Part shown: in pieces, positions 32,258-41,162 of the stretch
Position numbering within the stretch: position 1 is the stretch's first letter
Layout of the letters: every line of letters starts with the position of its first letter
Origin: a virus
Lineage: Duplodnaviria > Caudoviricetes
Reading direction: 5' to 3' (one strand)
DNA length: 52,107 bases
IMG/VR virus record: IMGVR_UViG_3300007983_000005
Span: 1 to 52,107 of that record
Notes under the pieces: generated by a model
Told to the model about the DNA's origin: nothing
The model's input: only the letters and a program-made list of their open reading frames with translations
Databases searched by the model: none
Made by a program: the position numbers and the translations under genes

Positions 32258-32331
32258 TAGAATCCACAAATATGTGTTGCTATATTGATTTATAACATTT
32301 TAACATATATTTTTTGAAATTCAGAAAGGCC

Positions 32332-34020
32332 TTAAATCGAACTTCCTGGATTTTCTGAGGCTTTTGTTATTGGAGATGGATTTCCATTTTGGAGACCATT
32401 AAAGGTCTTTCTTACAGTTATTCCTGGTTCTCTCTGGGCCATAATAGCATCAGTTGGAGAATCTGGAGAATCAGGAGTTCTAGAACCAATACCAAATCCA
32501 CTTCCTGGACCTGTTGTAACTATTAACGTATGAGCAGTAACTGGACTTCCCAAGTCTGCAGGTCCCATATTTCTTATATATCCCCCACAACTTATGCCAA
32601 TATCAACAAACAATTGGCTAGCAATAGATGTTTTCTTAGCAACATCTAACATTCCGCCAATTTTAACATCTTTACCAATGCTAACTTTATCAGAAACTCT
32701 AAGTTCTTCTGCGGTTATGTCTACATTTTTATTTGCTTCAATTTTAATATTTTCAGCTTTTATGTCAAGATCATCGTTAGTTGTTAAAGTTACTTTACCA
32801 TCAAGTTTTAAATCAGAAGATCCAAATACACTAGCTTTCAAATCGCCTTTTACTTGTATATTTGCGTTACTATTAACTTTTATATTTGCATTTTTCTTAG
32901 CATCTACATCCAGATTACCTGCTATATCTGCGTTCATATTACCATTTTCTACTATTACATCAACATCACCTTCTCTACACACTACACCAACAGATTCTTT
33001 AGCATCAATTTGAACATGGGAGTCACACTGTATATGCATTCTTCCTTTGGCATATAAATCATAATTACCAAAAACATGGAGTTCATGATTCCCTTCCACC
33101 CCCATTTCATAATGACATGGATCTTCAGTATCAGTTGATGTAGGACCAAAATCTTTACCCCGTTTCTTTCCTACATATATTTTACGATTACCATATGGAT
33201 CAGTATATTCCATATAATTTTTATGGATTACATATATTTGTTCTCTTCCTAATCTCTGATCTATTACTATAGTTGTACCATTTGCACTAGTGATACACTG
33301 AATATCTCGATTTGATGTATCAGGACCATTTTCTTCATTAGAAGGAAAGAATGCTAAATCTGGTTTATTAACTAATGTATTTACAACTGCTTCTGATGCC
33401 CATGAATCACCAGTAGCTTTTGATTGGTTTCTTGGAGTGAACTCTTTTTTGAATTCATTTATCTGTTCAACTTTCAGATTTACTTCTGTGTTTCTCCAAG
33501 ATTTTTGTGTATGCCAATCTCTTGCCATAGGTGCCATGGCAAAATATATAGGTTTATCATGATTTCCTGCCTCAAAAAACAAAAATACCCAATTTCCTCT
33601 TTTAGGTACTACGAAATCACCTCCCGTACCACATGCATTAGAAGTTGGATCTTGTCTTATTTGTTGAAAATTATTATTTGATTTATTAGGGAAACTATCT
33701 ACAGTATGGTCACTTCCCATTACTTTAGATCTATTACCAACATTATATCTTCCATTTTTAACAGTATTTTGTACTGGTTCACTATGAGGATAATCTTGGT
33801 TTTTTATATTATATCCACCACTCCACGCTAATCCTAGAGCAGGTTCTGCCCATGGTAATTGTTCAACAGGAGTTATTTCACCATCAAAATTATGTATACC
33901 AAAAATTCTAACTTGTAAACGACCTACGTCTTCAGGGTCTGCATTATTTTCAACTAATCCCCTATAAATTCCAGGAAATTTATAGTTTACTTTTTCAAAT
34001 TCTTCAAAATCAAGTCCCAT
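32332..34020 (-). CDS. gp5: Baseplate hub/central spike, gp5-like (OB fold + beta-helix, no lysozyme domain)
   Basis: YRGLVENNADPEDVGRLQVRIFG, LPWA, VVPKRGNWVFLFFEAGNHDKPIY; ~8-aa beta-helix repeats. Start moved to ATG 34020. Confidence 0.9.
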   Translation of the reverse strand: MGLDFEEFEKVNYKFPGIYRGLVENNADPEDVGRLQVRIFGIHNFDGEITPVEQLPWAEPALGLAWSGGYNIKNQDYPHSEPVQNTVKNGRYNVGNRSKVMGSDHTVDSFPNKSNNNFQQIRQDPTSNACGTGGDFVVPKRGNWVFLFFEAGNHDKPIYFAMAPMARDWHTQKSWRNTEVNLKVEQINEFKKEFTPRNQSKATGDSWASEAVVNTLVNKPDLAFFPSNEENGPDTSNRDIQCITSANGTTIVIDQRLGREQIYVIHKNYMEYTDPYGNRKIYVGKKRGKDFGPTSTDTEDPCHYEMGVEGNHELHVFGNYDLYAKGRMHIQCDSHVQIDAKESVGVVCREGDVDVIVENGNMNADIAGNLDVDAKKNANIKVNSNANIQVKGDLKASVFGSSDLKLDGKVTLTTNDDLDIKAENIKIEANKNVDITAEELRVSDKVSIGKDVKIGGMLDVAKKTSIASQLFVDIGISCGGYIRNMGPADLGSPVTAHTLIVTTGPGSGFGIGSRTPDSPDSPTDAIMAQREPGITVRKTFNGLQNGNPSPITKASENPGSSI

Positions 34021-34666
34021 TATGGTCATCCTCATATTGTTCGAATGGATCAAACATATATAGATTACCATTTACTATTTTTTTATCATATTTCCCTTTT
34101 TCAACTTTGGAAAGGAATGATAGACTCTGGCGAAGAAATTCTACAGATTTTACTATTTGGGTTGGACATAAATAAGGATTTCTTTCTAAATGATAAAATC
34201 TTATAACTCCAACTATACAAATATTTGCTAATCGGGCTTTAGCTTTTTCTTTATTTTTTTTATTTCTAGATTTAGATATAATATTGTTAATTTTTATTAA
34301 TTCAAATATTTCTTTTGGTAGTTCTTTCCCTTGATACCATTTCCATTTATATAACCATTTAAATACTTCAGTCGCTAATTTATCATCAATGCATATATCA
34401 TCAACATCAACTTCAAAAACTGTCTCAAATAAATCAGGTTCAATTTCAATTAAATCAGTTTCAGGTGGATCCTGAAACCAATATTTAATATCTTCTTTTG
34501 TAGGTAAGTTTTCTACAGAAAGATTATTATCTTCAATGAATTTTTGATTTTCTAAATATTCATCCACCAGATCATCTACTTTTTTACAACTAGGTCTTCG
34601 ACCCATTGTTTTTAGACGATTGATGAAATTCTTTCTTATTTTATCTCTATCTAGCATACGTCCCAA
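34010..34666 (-). CDS. Hypothetical protein
   Basis: 218-aa ORF with GGAG SD, overlapping the gp5 start; no motif recognised. Confidence 0.7.
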   Translation of the reverse strand: MGRMLDRDKIRKNFINRLKTMGRRPSCKKVDDLVDEYLENQKFIEDNNLSVENLPTKEDIKYWFQDPPETDLIEIEPDLFETVFEVDVDDICIDDKLATEVFKWLYKWKWYQGKELPKEIFELIKINNIISKSRNKKNKEKAKARLANICIVGVIRFYHLERNPYLCPTQIVKSVEFLRQSLSFLSKVEKGKYDKKIVNGNLYMFDPFEQYEDDHNGT

Positions 34667-34742
34667 TTGAACTCCGTCCTTTTCAAATCAAAGTTATAAT
34701 TGATATTATAACTGATTTTACAAAAAATTATGTTTCAATTGG

Positions 34743-34750
34743 TATTTATA
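34743..34750 (-). promoter_or_regulatory. Possible T4-type late promoter TATAAATA
   Basis: Exact motif just downstream of the AAA/VWA island, upstream of the 218-aa gene and gp5. Confidence 0.5.
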
Positions 34751-34754
34751 TTCA

Positions 34755-35720
34755 TTATGCTATAGCAGATAGTGCTCTTGCAGTCACTGAGTATTTTTTA
34801 ACTTTAGAGTAATCTTCAATAATTTCATTAATATCGATACCAGTATACTCTGAGTTTACACTAGTATTAATTAATTTATTAACGCCATAATAATCTCGAA
34901 TTAGACAAAGATAATCATGTAGAATGCACGCTCCAGATAGAAGACGAACAATAGATAGGGTCATATTTTTCTTAAAAGCATCGATATCATTATCAGAAAA
35001 TAAAACAGCATTATTTATCGAAACTGGTTCTAAATTTATTCCTTTTCTAATATCATTTTTCTGATATGACTGGATAGATTTTGAATAAATATTAATTTTA
35101 TTAAATATATCAACACTACCACCAATAAAATCTTTATCGCCACAAATAAAAATAATATTATTTTTTCCATTTTCCATTTTATATGAAGTCATATATCTAC
35201 ATATTTCATTAGATTTTCTACCTACTTCGATACAAATTCCTCTTTTTTTACAATATTCAACATGCGAATTTTCATACCCCCCACCAATTAGTGGCTCAGG
35301 ATCGTCAATTCCTAAACTATCATATCTAATTTTACTATCTAATGCCGCACAGATATCAGAAGATAACCATCTAGCAAATAATTGACGTGAAGAATAAATA
35401 TTCATAGAATCATATAATTCTTGAGTTCTTGTATTACCCTTAAATGGCTTTCGGGATCCAAATAATTTACTACTTCCATTTGGAGAAAACCAAAAAGGAA
35501 CCAAAATATCATCCACATTTTTCTTACTATTTCCAGTTTTTTCTATTTCATTTCTTATTTCATGAAACAAATTAATAGATTTATCCAAATAATCAATAGA
35601 ATCAATTTCAATATCTTCAATATCATTAAAAGGAATCGGATCATGATTAACATTAATCATAGTTAATGTCATTTCTTTTGTTGTTGCTCCAATTTTATGT
35701 TTTAGTATTTTTTCTGACAT
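34755..35720 (-). CDS. Hypothetical protein, third gene of the VWA/AAA island
   Basis: 321-aa ORF, AAGGA SD, 9 nt downstream of the AAA gene. Confidence 0.75.
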   Translation of the reverse strand: MSEKILKHKIGATTKEMTLTMINVNHDPIPFNDIEDIEIDSIDYLDKSINLFHEIRNEIEKTGNSKKNVDDILVPFWFSPNGSSKLFGSRKPFKGNTRTQELYDSMNIYSSRQLFARWLSSDICAALDSKIRYDSLGIDDPEPLIGGGYENSHVEYCKKRGICIEVGRKSNEICRYMTSYKMENGKNNIIFICGDKDFIGGSVDIFNKINIYSKSIQSYQKNDIRKGINLEPVSINNAVLFSDNDIDAFKKNMTLSIVRLLSGACILHDYLCLIRDYYGVNKLINTSVNSEYTGIDINEIIEDYSKVKKYSVTARALSAIA

Positions 35721-35729
35721 ATTATTCCT

Positions 35730-36866
35730 TTACGCTGCAAATTTTTTAGAATTAGAAATTTCTTTAAAACTATCTAAAAGATTAGTATCAAATAACTTCT
35801 GTAACAATATAGGCTTATCTATAACATTAATTCTAGATAACATTCCAACCAAACTATCTTTTGGTATAAAATCTAAACTAAAATATTTAAATATCCAATC
35901 AATATCAGATAATCCATCTCTATATTCTTTTTCGATCCATTCAACAATAATATCAACAGAAGCTTCAAATATATCATTTTTAACAATAATTTTTCCATCG
36001 TATATTGTACTAATTGCATCTTTAATTCTTGTTTTATTTCTATCGAAGTTTTGAATTTCTTTAATAGTTAAATATGTAGTATCTTTAAATCTTTCGTCCC
36101 ACCATTCATTTAGGAAATCTGTACCTAAATAAGATCCAATTATGATATTACCAAATTTTCTAATCCATTTATCATCTTTATTATCAACAATTTCCATTAC
36201 ATTAATTAAACTTCTTCTTGATGGTTTAATTTGAAATGGTAATTTAAATTTTTCAATATTAATCCATTCAGGATTTTTATCTATAACAGAAAGAGTTGTC
36301 GAAAGATTTTTATTTTCTGCATATCTAATCCACTCTTTGTTTGTTGGCTCCAAAATTACATGTCCACATCTATCTCTAAGAGCTTCATCTTGTTCAAATG
36401 CATCATTTACTACATACTTACCATTACTAGGATTACATGCTGCAACAACAACATCTTTAGATCCAATAGAATGAGTATGAATTTTGCCTTCATTTAAAAA
36501 TGGAAGCATTGCAGCCATAACAAATTTATTACCTCTATTAAATTCATCTAGAAAATAAATTGTAGGTTTATCACTATCAGTTTTTAACCATTCAGGTTTA
36601 CTCCAAATCATTTCATATTTTCCAGGATATACTTCTATTTTTGTTGGCATACCAATTAAATCAACAATATCTTGAGTTGCTAGATGTAAAACAACTACAT
36701 TATAACCTAAAGTTTCTCCAATTTCATGCATTACTGTAGTTTTACCAACAGCCTTTACGCCCCAAAAACATACAGGAAGTCTACTCTCAGTAATAAAAGA
36801 GAATAAATTTTTCATATCATCAATACTTATTGATAACACATTTGAATTGTTTGATATATCAGTCAT
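35730..36866 (-). CDS. MoxR-type AAA+ ATPase
   Basis: Walker A GVKAVGKTT, DLIGMP, Walker B YFLDEFNR, sensor AACNP, Arg finger ALRDR. Start moved to ATG 36866 (GGAG SD). Confidence 0.9.
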   Translation of the reverse strand: MTDISNNSNVLSISIDDMKNLFSFITESRLPVCFWGVKAVGKTTVMHEIGETLGYNVVVLHLATQDIVDLIGMPTKIEVYPGKYEMIWSKPEWLKTDSDKPTIYFLDEFNRGNKFVMAAMLPFLNEGKIHTHSIGSKDVVVAACNPSNGKYVVNDAFEQDEALRDRCGHVILEPTNKEWIRYAENKNLSTTLSVIDKNPEWINIEKFKLPFQIKPSRRSLINVMEIVDNKDDKWIRKFGNIIIGSYLGTDFLNEWWDERFKDTTYLTIKEIQNFDRNKTRIKDAISTIYDGKIIVKNDIFEASVDIIVEWIEKEYRDGLSDIDWIFKYFSLDFIPKDSLVGMLSRINVIDKPILLQKLFDTNLLDSFKEISNSKKFAA

Positions 36867-36876
36867 TGTTTCTCCA

Positions 36877-38583
36877 TTAATTGTACCAACTATTATCTCC
36901 ATCTTGAGATATTACTGTGAATCCTCTTTCACTCAATTCTTCGCATACATTTTGATTACCAGAAGCACTAACAAATATAATAACTTTGAAAGGAAAATCA
37001 TTTTGTGTATAACCAGTATCAACCCATCCATCTGTAAATACAATAGTTGTTTTAGTATTTCCTTCTTTTTTCAATAGGTCTAATGGAACTTTCATTGAAG
37101 TTCCACCAGTTTCTCTGATTCCAATACTCTTTATTTTACTAATAGGGATCATAGTATCAAGAGAAATTTCATGGTGGAATTGAATATACCTAATAGTAGG
37201 GGTATCGACTTCTCTTGTTGCTCTAATCATTTCATTTCTAAATCTAGTAAAGTCATCCTTATTAATAGATCCACTAACATCTTCCACTAAATTTAGATCA
37301 ATCCCATTTTCTCGCATTTTTCCAGGAAACATATTCTCGATTGACCTACTTTCTCTTTTCATTGTATAGTCAAAATCACTTTGTCCAATTGTTTTAATAA
37401 TTTCATGCCTTAAAATATGATCCCATGGCATAGTAGGAGTTTTATAAAATCCTTCAATCATCTTACCGAAAGATTCATTATAATTAAAAGGTAAGGTTTT
37501 CAATGCATCTTCAGGATTATTAATTTCTCCTTTCCGAATCATATCATCTATAACTCTTTTTATATCATTATTTGAAATTCTTTTTATATCAGTTGGAGTT
37601 GGATTAAAATCTTCAAATTCTTGAGTTTCAGATGTTATTCCCAAATCAGATTTAAGTTTTTCTAAATCCTCTTCTGATAACTCATCAAGTTTATGTTTGA
37701 ATAGATCATAAAGATCTTCGGGTTTAAGATCAAACATTGTGGACTTAAGATTATTTTTTCCTACCAACTCTTCTAATAAATTTTCATCAGCATTTTTTAG
37801 AATATTGTAGTAATATTCATAAGGCTGATTTAAAAATTTAGTTTCAAAAACATCAATATTAGGTATATGATATTCTTCACATTTTAAAGGAGCTCCGCCA
37901 GAAATAAAAGCTTTAAGAAGTTTTATATTATCTGTTGTCATGAATTTAGGATTAACTTTACCAAAATATAATGATTGATTGATAGCAAAATCCATTGCGA
38001 TGTTAGTTAGAACATGACCAAACATCTTAGTCTTATCATCTATATATCGTCTTGGCGAATTACAATGACACCATGTACAATGAAGAAATTCATGAACGAA
38101 CACAGAAGATAATGGATTACTTAAATTGTCATCATTAATATTTTCATTATATTTTTTATGATCAAATCCAGAAAAACTATATTCATTTAAAAAATCAATC
38201 CAGAGTTTAAAGTTAGGTTCTGTCCATCCATTATCTTTAAACGCATTAATTAAGATTCGATCAATCTCTTGAATTTTTGTTTTATCATAGTCCTTATCTG
38301 ATAATAGGCATGATCTAAGAACTACATCCCATAATATTAAGGGATTTGTTACAATTCTAAGTTTTCTAATAGAAGGTATATATTGAGCACATGCAGCCCC
38401 ATCCATCCTAAAATCATCAACAATTTCGATTCTATGAGTATATTTTTCTATAAATCTTCCAAAAATATATTTTTCAGAATGAATAATAGACAAAAATGTT
38501 GATAATGTAGGATTTACATCATCAGATTTCCTAGATTTGTGGTCTATATTAAATATTGTTAACATTTCATCAATCATGGCCAT
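36877..38583 (-). CDS. Metallopeptidase-like + VWA protein (DUF2201-type)
   Basis: HEFLH (HExxH), NIAMDFAINQ, MIDAS DVSGS, GGTS, VFTDG. Confidence 0.88.
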   Translation of the reverse strand: MAMIDEMLTIFNIDHKSRKSDDVNPTLSTFLSIIHSEKYIFGRFIEKYTHRIEIVDDFRMDGAACAQYIPSIRKLRIVTNPLILWDVVLRSCLLSDKDYDKTKIQEIDRILINAFKDNGWTEPNFKLWIDFLNEYSFSGFDHKKYNENINDDNLSNPLSSVFVHEFLHCTWCHCNSPRRYIDDKTKMFGHVLTNIAMDFAINQSLYFGKVNPKFMTTDNIKLLKAFISGGAPLKCEEYHIPNIDVFETKFLNQPYEYYYNILKNADENLLEELVGKNNLKSTMFDLKPEDLYDLFKHKLDELSEEDLEKLKSDLGITSETQEFEDFNPTPTDIKRISNNDIKRVIDDMIRKGEINNPEDALKTLPFNYNESFGKMIEGFYKTPTMPWDHILRHEIIKTIGQSDFDYTMKRESRSIENMFPGKMRENGIDLNLVEDVSGSINKDDFTRFRNEMIRATREVDTPTIRYIQFHHEISLDTMIPISKIKSIGIRETGGTSMKVPLDLLKKEGNTKTTIVFTDGWVDTGYTQNDFPFKVIIFVSASGNQNVCEELSERGFTVISQDGDNSWYN

Positions 38584-38611
38584 ATTCTAATGCCAAAAAT
38601 TGGGTTGTCAA
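38584..38611 (-). promoter_or_regulatory. Sigma70-type promoter TTGACA-N16-TAGAAT
   Basis: Perfect -35 (38606-38611) and 5/6 -10 (38584-38589) immediately upstream of the VWA gene. Confidence 0.65.
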
Positions 38612-38694
38612 CTGGTATATTTTAATCCTCAGAGCACTTTTTAATTATTACATACAATGAGGACCAATGTTGAATATTATGCTAATATGGCATA

Positions 38695-39222
38695 TTAGAA
38701 TGGAAGGGGTAATAGTACCTTAAGGGCCACGCACCCTGCCCTAACTCCAACATCAGCACCAACTTCTATAATAGCCTTAACTGCATCATTGAAGTCTTCC
38801 CAAAATACATTTATTTCTTCTGCAACATCAATACCAAGCTCTATAGCTTTAGATGAAATTTCTCTATATTCTTTAAGTTCATCAAAATCCAAAACTTCTA
38901 AATTTTGTATAGATTTAAGCATTGCTATTTTTATAGCATAATTTCTTTGAAATTCAGTTAATCCAAGTAGATAGTCTCCGTGGTTAAGAAGTAAGGTGCC
39001 TGCTTGATTAATAGCTTCATCTTTAGCTGCGTTACCCATACCTTCAAGAATTTTTTCTCCACAATTTTCTAGCCTTTCTTTCATGGTTTTATTTTGATCG
39101 TCTGCTTCAATCTTTACATCATTTATTATATCTTTTGCATTTTTATCAGATTTATCTTGTGAAAATATTTTTATTAATATTTCTAAAATTATTTCAATCC
39201 AACTTTTTTCTTTACTCATCAT
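38695..39222 (-). CDS. Helical hypothetical protein, possibly membrane-associated
   Basis: Hydrophobic N- and C-termini; ATGA overlap with the upstream lipoprotein gene. Confidence 0.7.
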   Translation of the reverse strand: MMSKEKSWIEIILEILIKIFSQDKSDKNAKDIINDVKIEADDQNKTMKERLENCGEKILEGMGNAAKDEAINQAGTLLLNHGDYLLGLTEFQRNYAIKIAMLKSIQNLEVLDFDELKEYREISSKAIELGIDVAEEINVFWEDFNDAVKAIIEVGADVGVRAGCVALKVLLPLPF

Positions 39223-39458
39223 CTTCCTTTCTCTATAGTATTAGCAGCATTTCTAAAATCTTTTATATCAGTTTTAACCATAGATTTTAATTCTTCTATT
39301 TTTCTATCTTCAGGAAGAGTATCAATAGTTTTTAACATTTGTTCATTAGTATCTGCTGCTCTTCTAAGAGTATATTCAAAATCATCAGGAATTCGAACTC
39401 CACAACTAGAACTAAGTATAATAGAAATCCCTATAAATACAATTAATAATTTTCTCAT
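39219..39458 (-). CDS. Putative lipoprotein
   Basis: MRK + hydrophobic stretch + lipobox-like LSSSC; AGGAG SD. Confidence 0.65.
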   Translation of the reverse strand: MRKLLIVFIGISIILSSSCGVRIPDDFEYTLRRAADTNEQMLKTIDTLPEDRKIEELKSMVKTDIKDFRNAANTIEKGR

Positions 39459-39467
39459 AATATACTC

Positions 39468-39884
39468 CTATTTTTTATATGTTTTACAACGTTGGCAATA
39501 GTCTTCAGGAACTGTTCCATATAATTTACATAAAACTTGTCTTTCTTCTTGTTGTGGGGCAGGAGGAGGCGTAGGAGGAGCTTTTTCTAAAATTGGTTCA
39601 TCAACCCAAACTTCTATAGTGTCAGGAACTCGCTTTTCTTCTACTACTTTGGTTTTTGGTCTTCCTTTACATCCACAACCTTTAGTTTTTTCAACTTTAA
39701 TAGTTTTAAATAATGGATTCCCTTGCTCATCCTTTTTCTGTATAACTTTTTTAACTTTTCTTACACCATTTTGAATTTGAACATTATCAGGTGAAATTGC
39801 TGCTGGCCTATTTTTTCTAGGCATGTCTTTTAATTTATATTTACAAGGTTGATTTCTAATTTCAGTTAGAGTACGATTAGGCAT
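39468..39884 (-). CDS. Basic hypothetical protein with Cys motifs
   Basis: Lys/Arg-rich; GCGC and C-x10-CxxC motifs; GGAGG SD. Confidence 0.75.
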   Translation of the reverse strand: MPNRTLTEIRNQPCKYKLKDMPRKNRPAAISPDNVQIQNGVRKVKKVIQKKDEQGNPLFKTIKVEKTKGCGCKGRPKTKVVEEKRVPDTIEVWVDEPILEKAPPTPPPAPQQEERQVLCKLYGTVPEDYCQRCKTYKK

Positions 39885-39905
39885 TTTAATTCCTCCATAT
39901 ATTTA

Positions 39906-40661
39906 TTATACATACCTAAGTACAAAATTATTAGTTGGCATCATTCCTGAGTGAGCCCAAGTAACATTCATATTTAGTTTGTCTGCGTTTTTATATGTAA
40001 ATGTTTGAGAATTTAAACTTATAGGAAAAGCATCTAAAAATTTATATTCTGATACTTTTTGCCTATGGTTATTAGTTATAATTAAATGGATATCAGTAAA
40101 AAATTCCTGGATCATTCCTCTTCCACTTAAATTATTGAATTCTTCTGGGTTATGAAGAGCATATAACCAATATAATATAGCATTATAATCTAGTAAATTT
40201 TCACTGATCATCATTGTAGTATTTAAATCAGTAAATTTTATTTTACTAGCTCTTGAAATATCAGCAAATTGAGTCCCTAATCTAACAGTATCAATGGATA
40301 TAGCAGGCATTTCACATTCACTAATATATAATTTAAAATTATTAAGATCTAAATTGCCTTCTCTTCTAATCCTACCTTCTTGTGTTTTTTCTGGTAAATT
40401 ACAATCTCCTGATGCTCCTGTAGTACAACCAGTTTCTATATCTGGATTATTTACTGGATTTTGGGGATCAAACTCTGGACCATCTCCACATTCTGATGAT
40501 CCGGTTGAGGGAGGGGTAACAAAATATGGAGGAGTACTTCTTTCTTGAAACCAACTACTTAAAAATGTAGCAGTAGGTAATTTTGGAATCACAAGTAAAA
40601 AATTATCTGCATGTGCTTCATTGATTTCAAGTATGGTATTTGGTTCACTATAAGACATCAT
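39906..40661 (-). CDS. gp3: Tail completion/tube terminator, T4 gp3-like
   Basis: NFLLVIPKLP, EMPAISI, IKFTDLNTTMMISENLLDYNAILYWL, FLDAFPISL. Confidence 0.75.
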   Translation of the reverse strand: MMSYSEPNTILEINEAHADNFLLVIPKLPTATFLSSWFQERSTPPYFVTPPSTGSSECGDGPEFDPQNPVNNPDIETGCTTGASGDCNLPEKTQEGRIRREGNLDLNNFKLYISECEMPAISIDTVRLGTQFADISRASKIKFTDLNTTMMISENLLDYNAILYWLYALHNPEEFNNLSGRGMIQEFFTDIHLIITNNHRQKVSEYKFLDAFPISLNSQTFTYKNADKLNMNVTWAHSGMMPTNNFVLRYV

Positions 40662-41011
40662 AATATATGATCATCCGTTAATCTAAATTCTTGAACATTT
40701 CTATTTGTATAATCAATACCATCAATTGTAGTAATTGATGTGACTATTGCAGTATAAATTCCTTCTTGCATATCTCTTGTAGTTTGATATCTATAATAAT
40801 ACCATCCTGGTCTATTAGGAACCTCATTCATATTAACACAATCAATTAAAGTCTCTGCCAAATCTTCATTATAAATTGAAATATTCATACAAGATGCTGG
40901 TCGATAATCATTAGCACTTGGAGGTATACTAACATCAATAAATGGTTTATGTTTTACCACAAAAGAAATAGCATCTCCTCTGCGATATGCTTGATCGTAT
41001 CTTTGTACCAT
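40658..41011 (-). CDS. Small Ig-like/beta-sandwich putative virion protein
   Basis: RGDAISF...PGWYYYRYQ...EGIYTAIV strand pattern. Confidence 0.55.
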   Translation of the reverse strand: MVQRYDQAYRRGDAISFVVKHKPFIDVSIPPSANDYRPASCMNISIYNEDLAETLIDCVNMNEVPNRPGWYYYRYQTTRDMQEGIYTAIVTSITTIDGIDYTNRNVQEFRLTDDHIL

Positions 41012-41028
41012 ATTTATCTCCTATTTTA

Positions 41029-41036
41029 TATTTATA
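41029..41036 (-). promoter_or_regulatory. Possible T4-type late promoter TATAAATA
   Basis: Exact motif 18 nt upstream of ATG 41011, overlapping the upstream stop codon. Confidence 0.5.
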
Positions 41037-41160
41037 CTAAAATTGCTTCTAATTCAGTATCTGAATATAAAAATACTTCTATACAAGAATTTTCCCATAT
41101 ACAAAATTCTAATTCTGTATTATCAAATATAAAAATTTCTAAAGTATCATCATAATTCAA
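41032..41160 (-). CDS. 42-aa acidic mini-protein with 10-residue periodicity (not in ORF track)
   Basis: TTG start with GGAGGT SD 8 nt upstream; MNYDDTLEIFIFDNTELEFCIWENSCIEVFLYSDTELEAILV; fills the gap exactly. Confidence 0.65.
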   Translation of the reverse strand: MNYDDTLEIFIFDNTELEFCIWENSCIEVFLYSDTELEAILV

Positions 41161-41162
41161 AA

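Noticed and set aside
33990-36902. Long gene overlaps implied by the ORF-track starts of gp5 (34071) and the AAA gene (36902)
   Set aside because: Downstream ATGs (34020, 36866) have better SD context and remove most of the overlap.
38625-38694. Short inverted repeats (TCCTCA/TGAGGA; TATGC/GCATA) as terminator or ncRNA
   Set aside because: Stems of only 5-6 bp and no U-tract; expected by chance.
40949-41155. 68-aa plus-strand ORF
   Set aside because: The minus-strand 42-aa ORF with a strong SD explains this gap and matches the operon direction.
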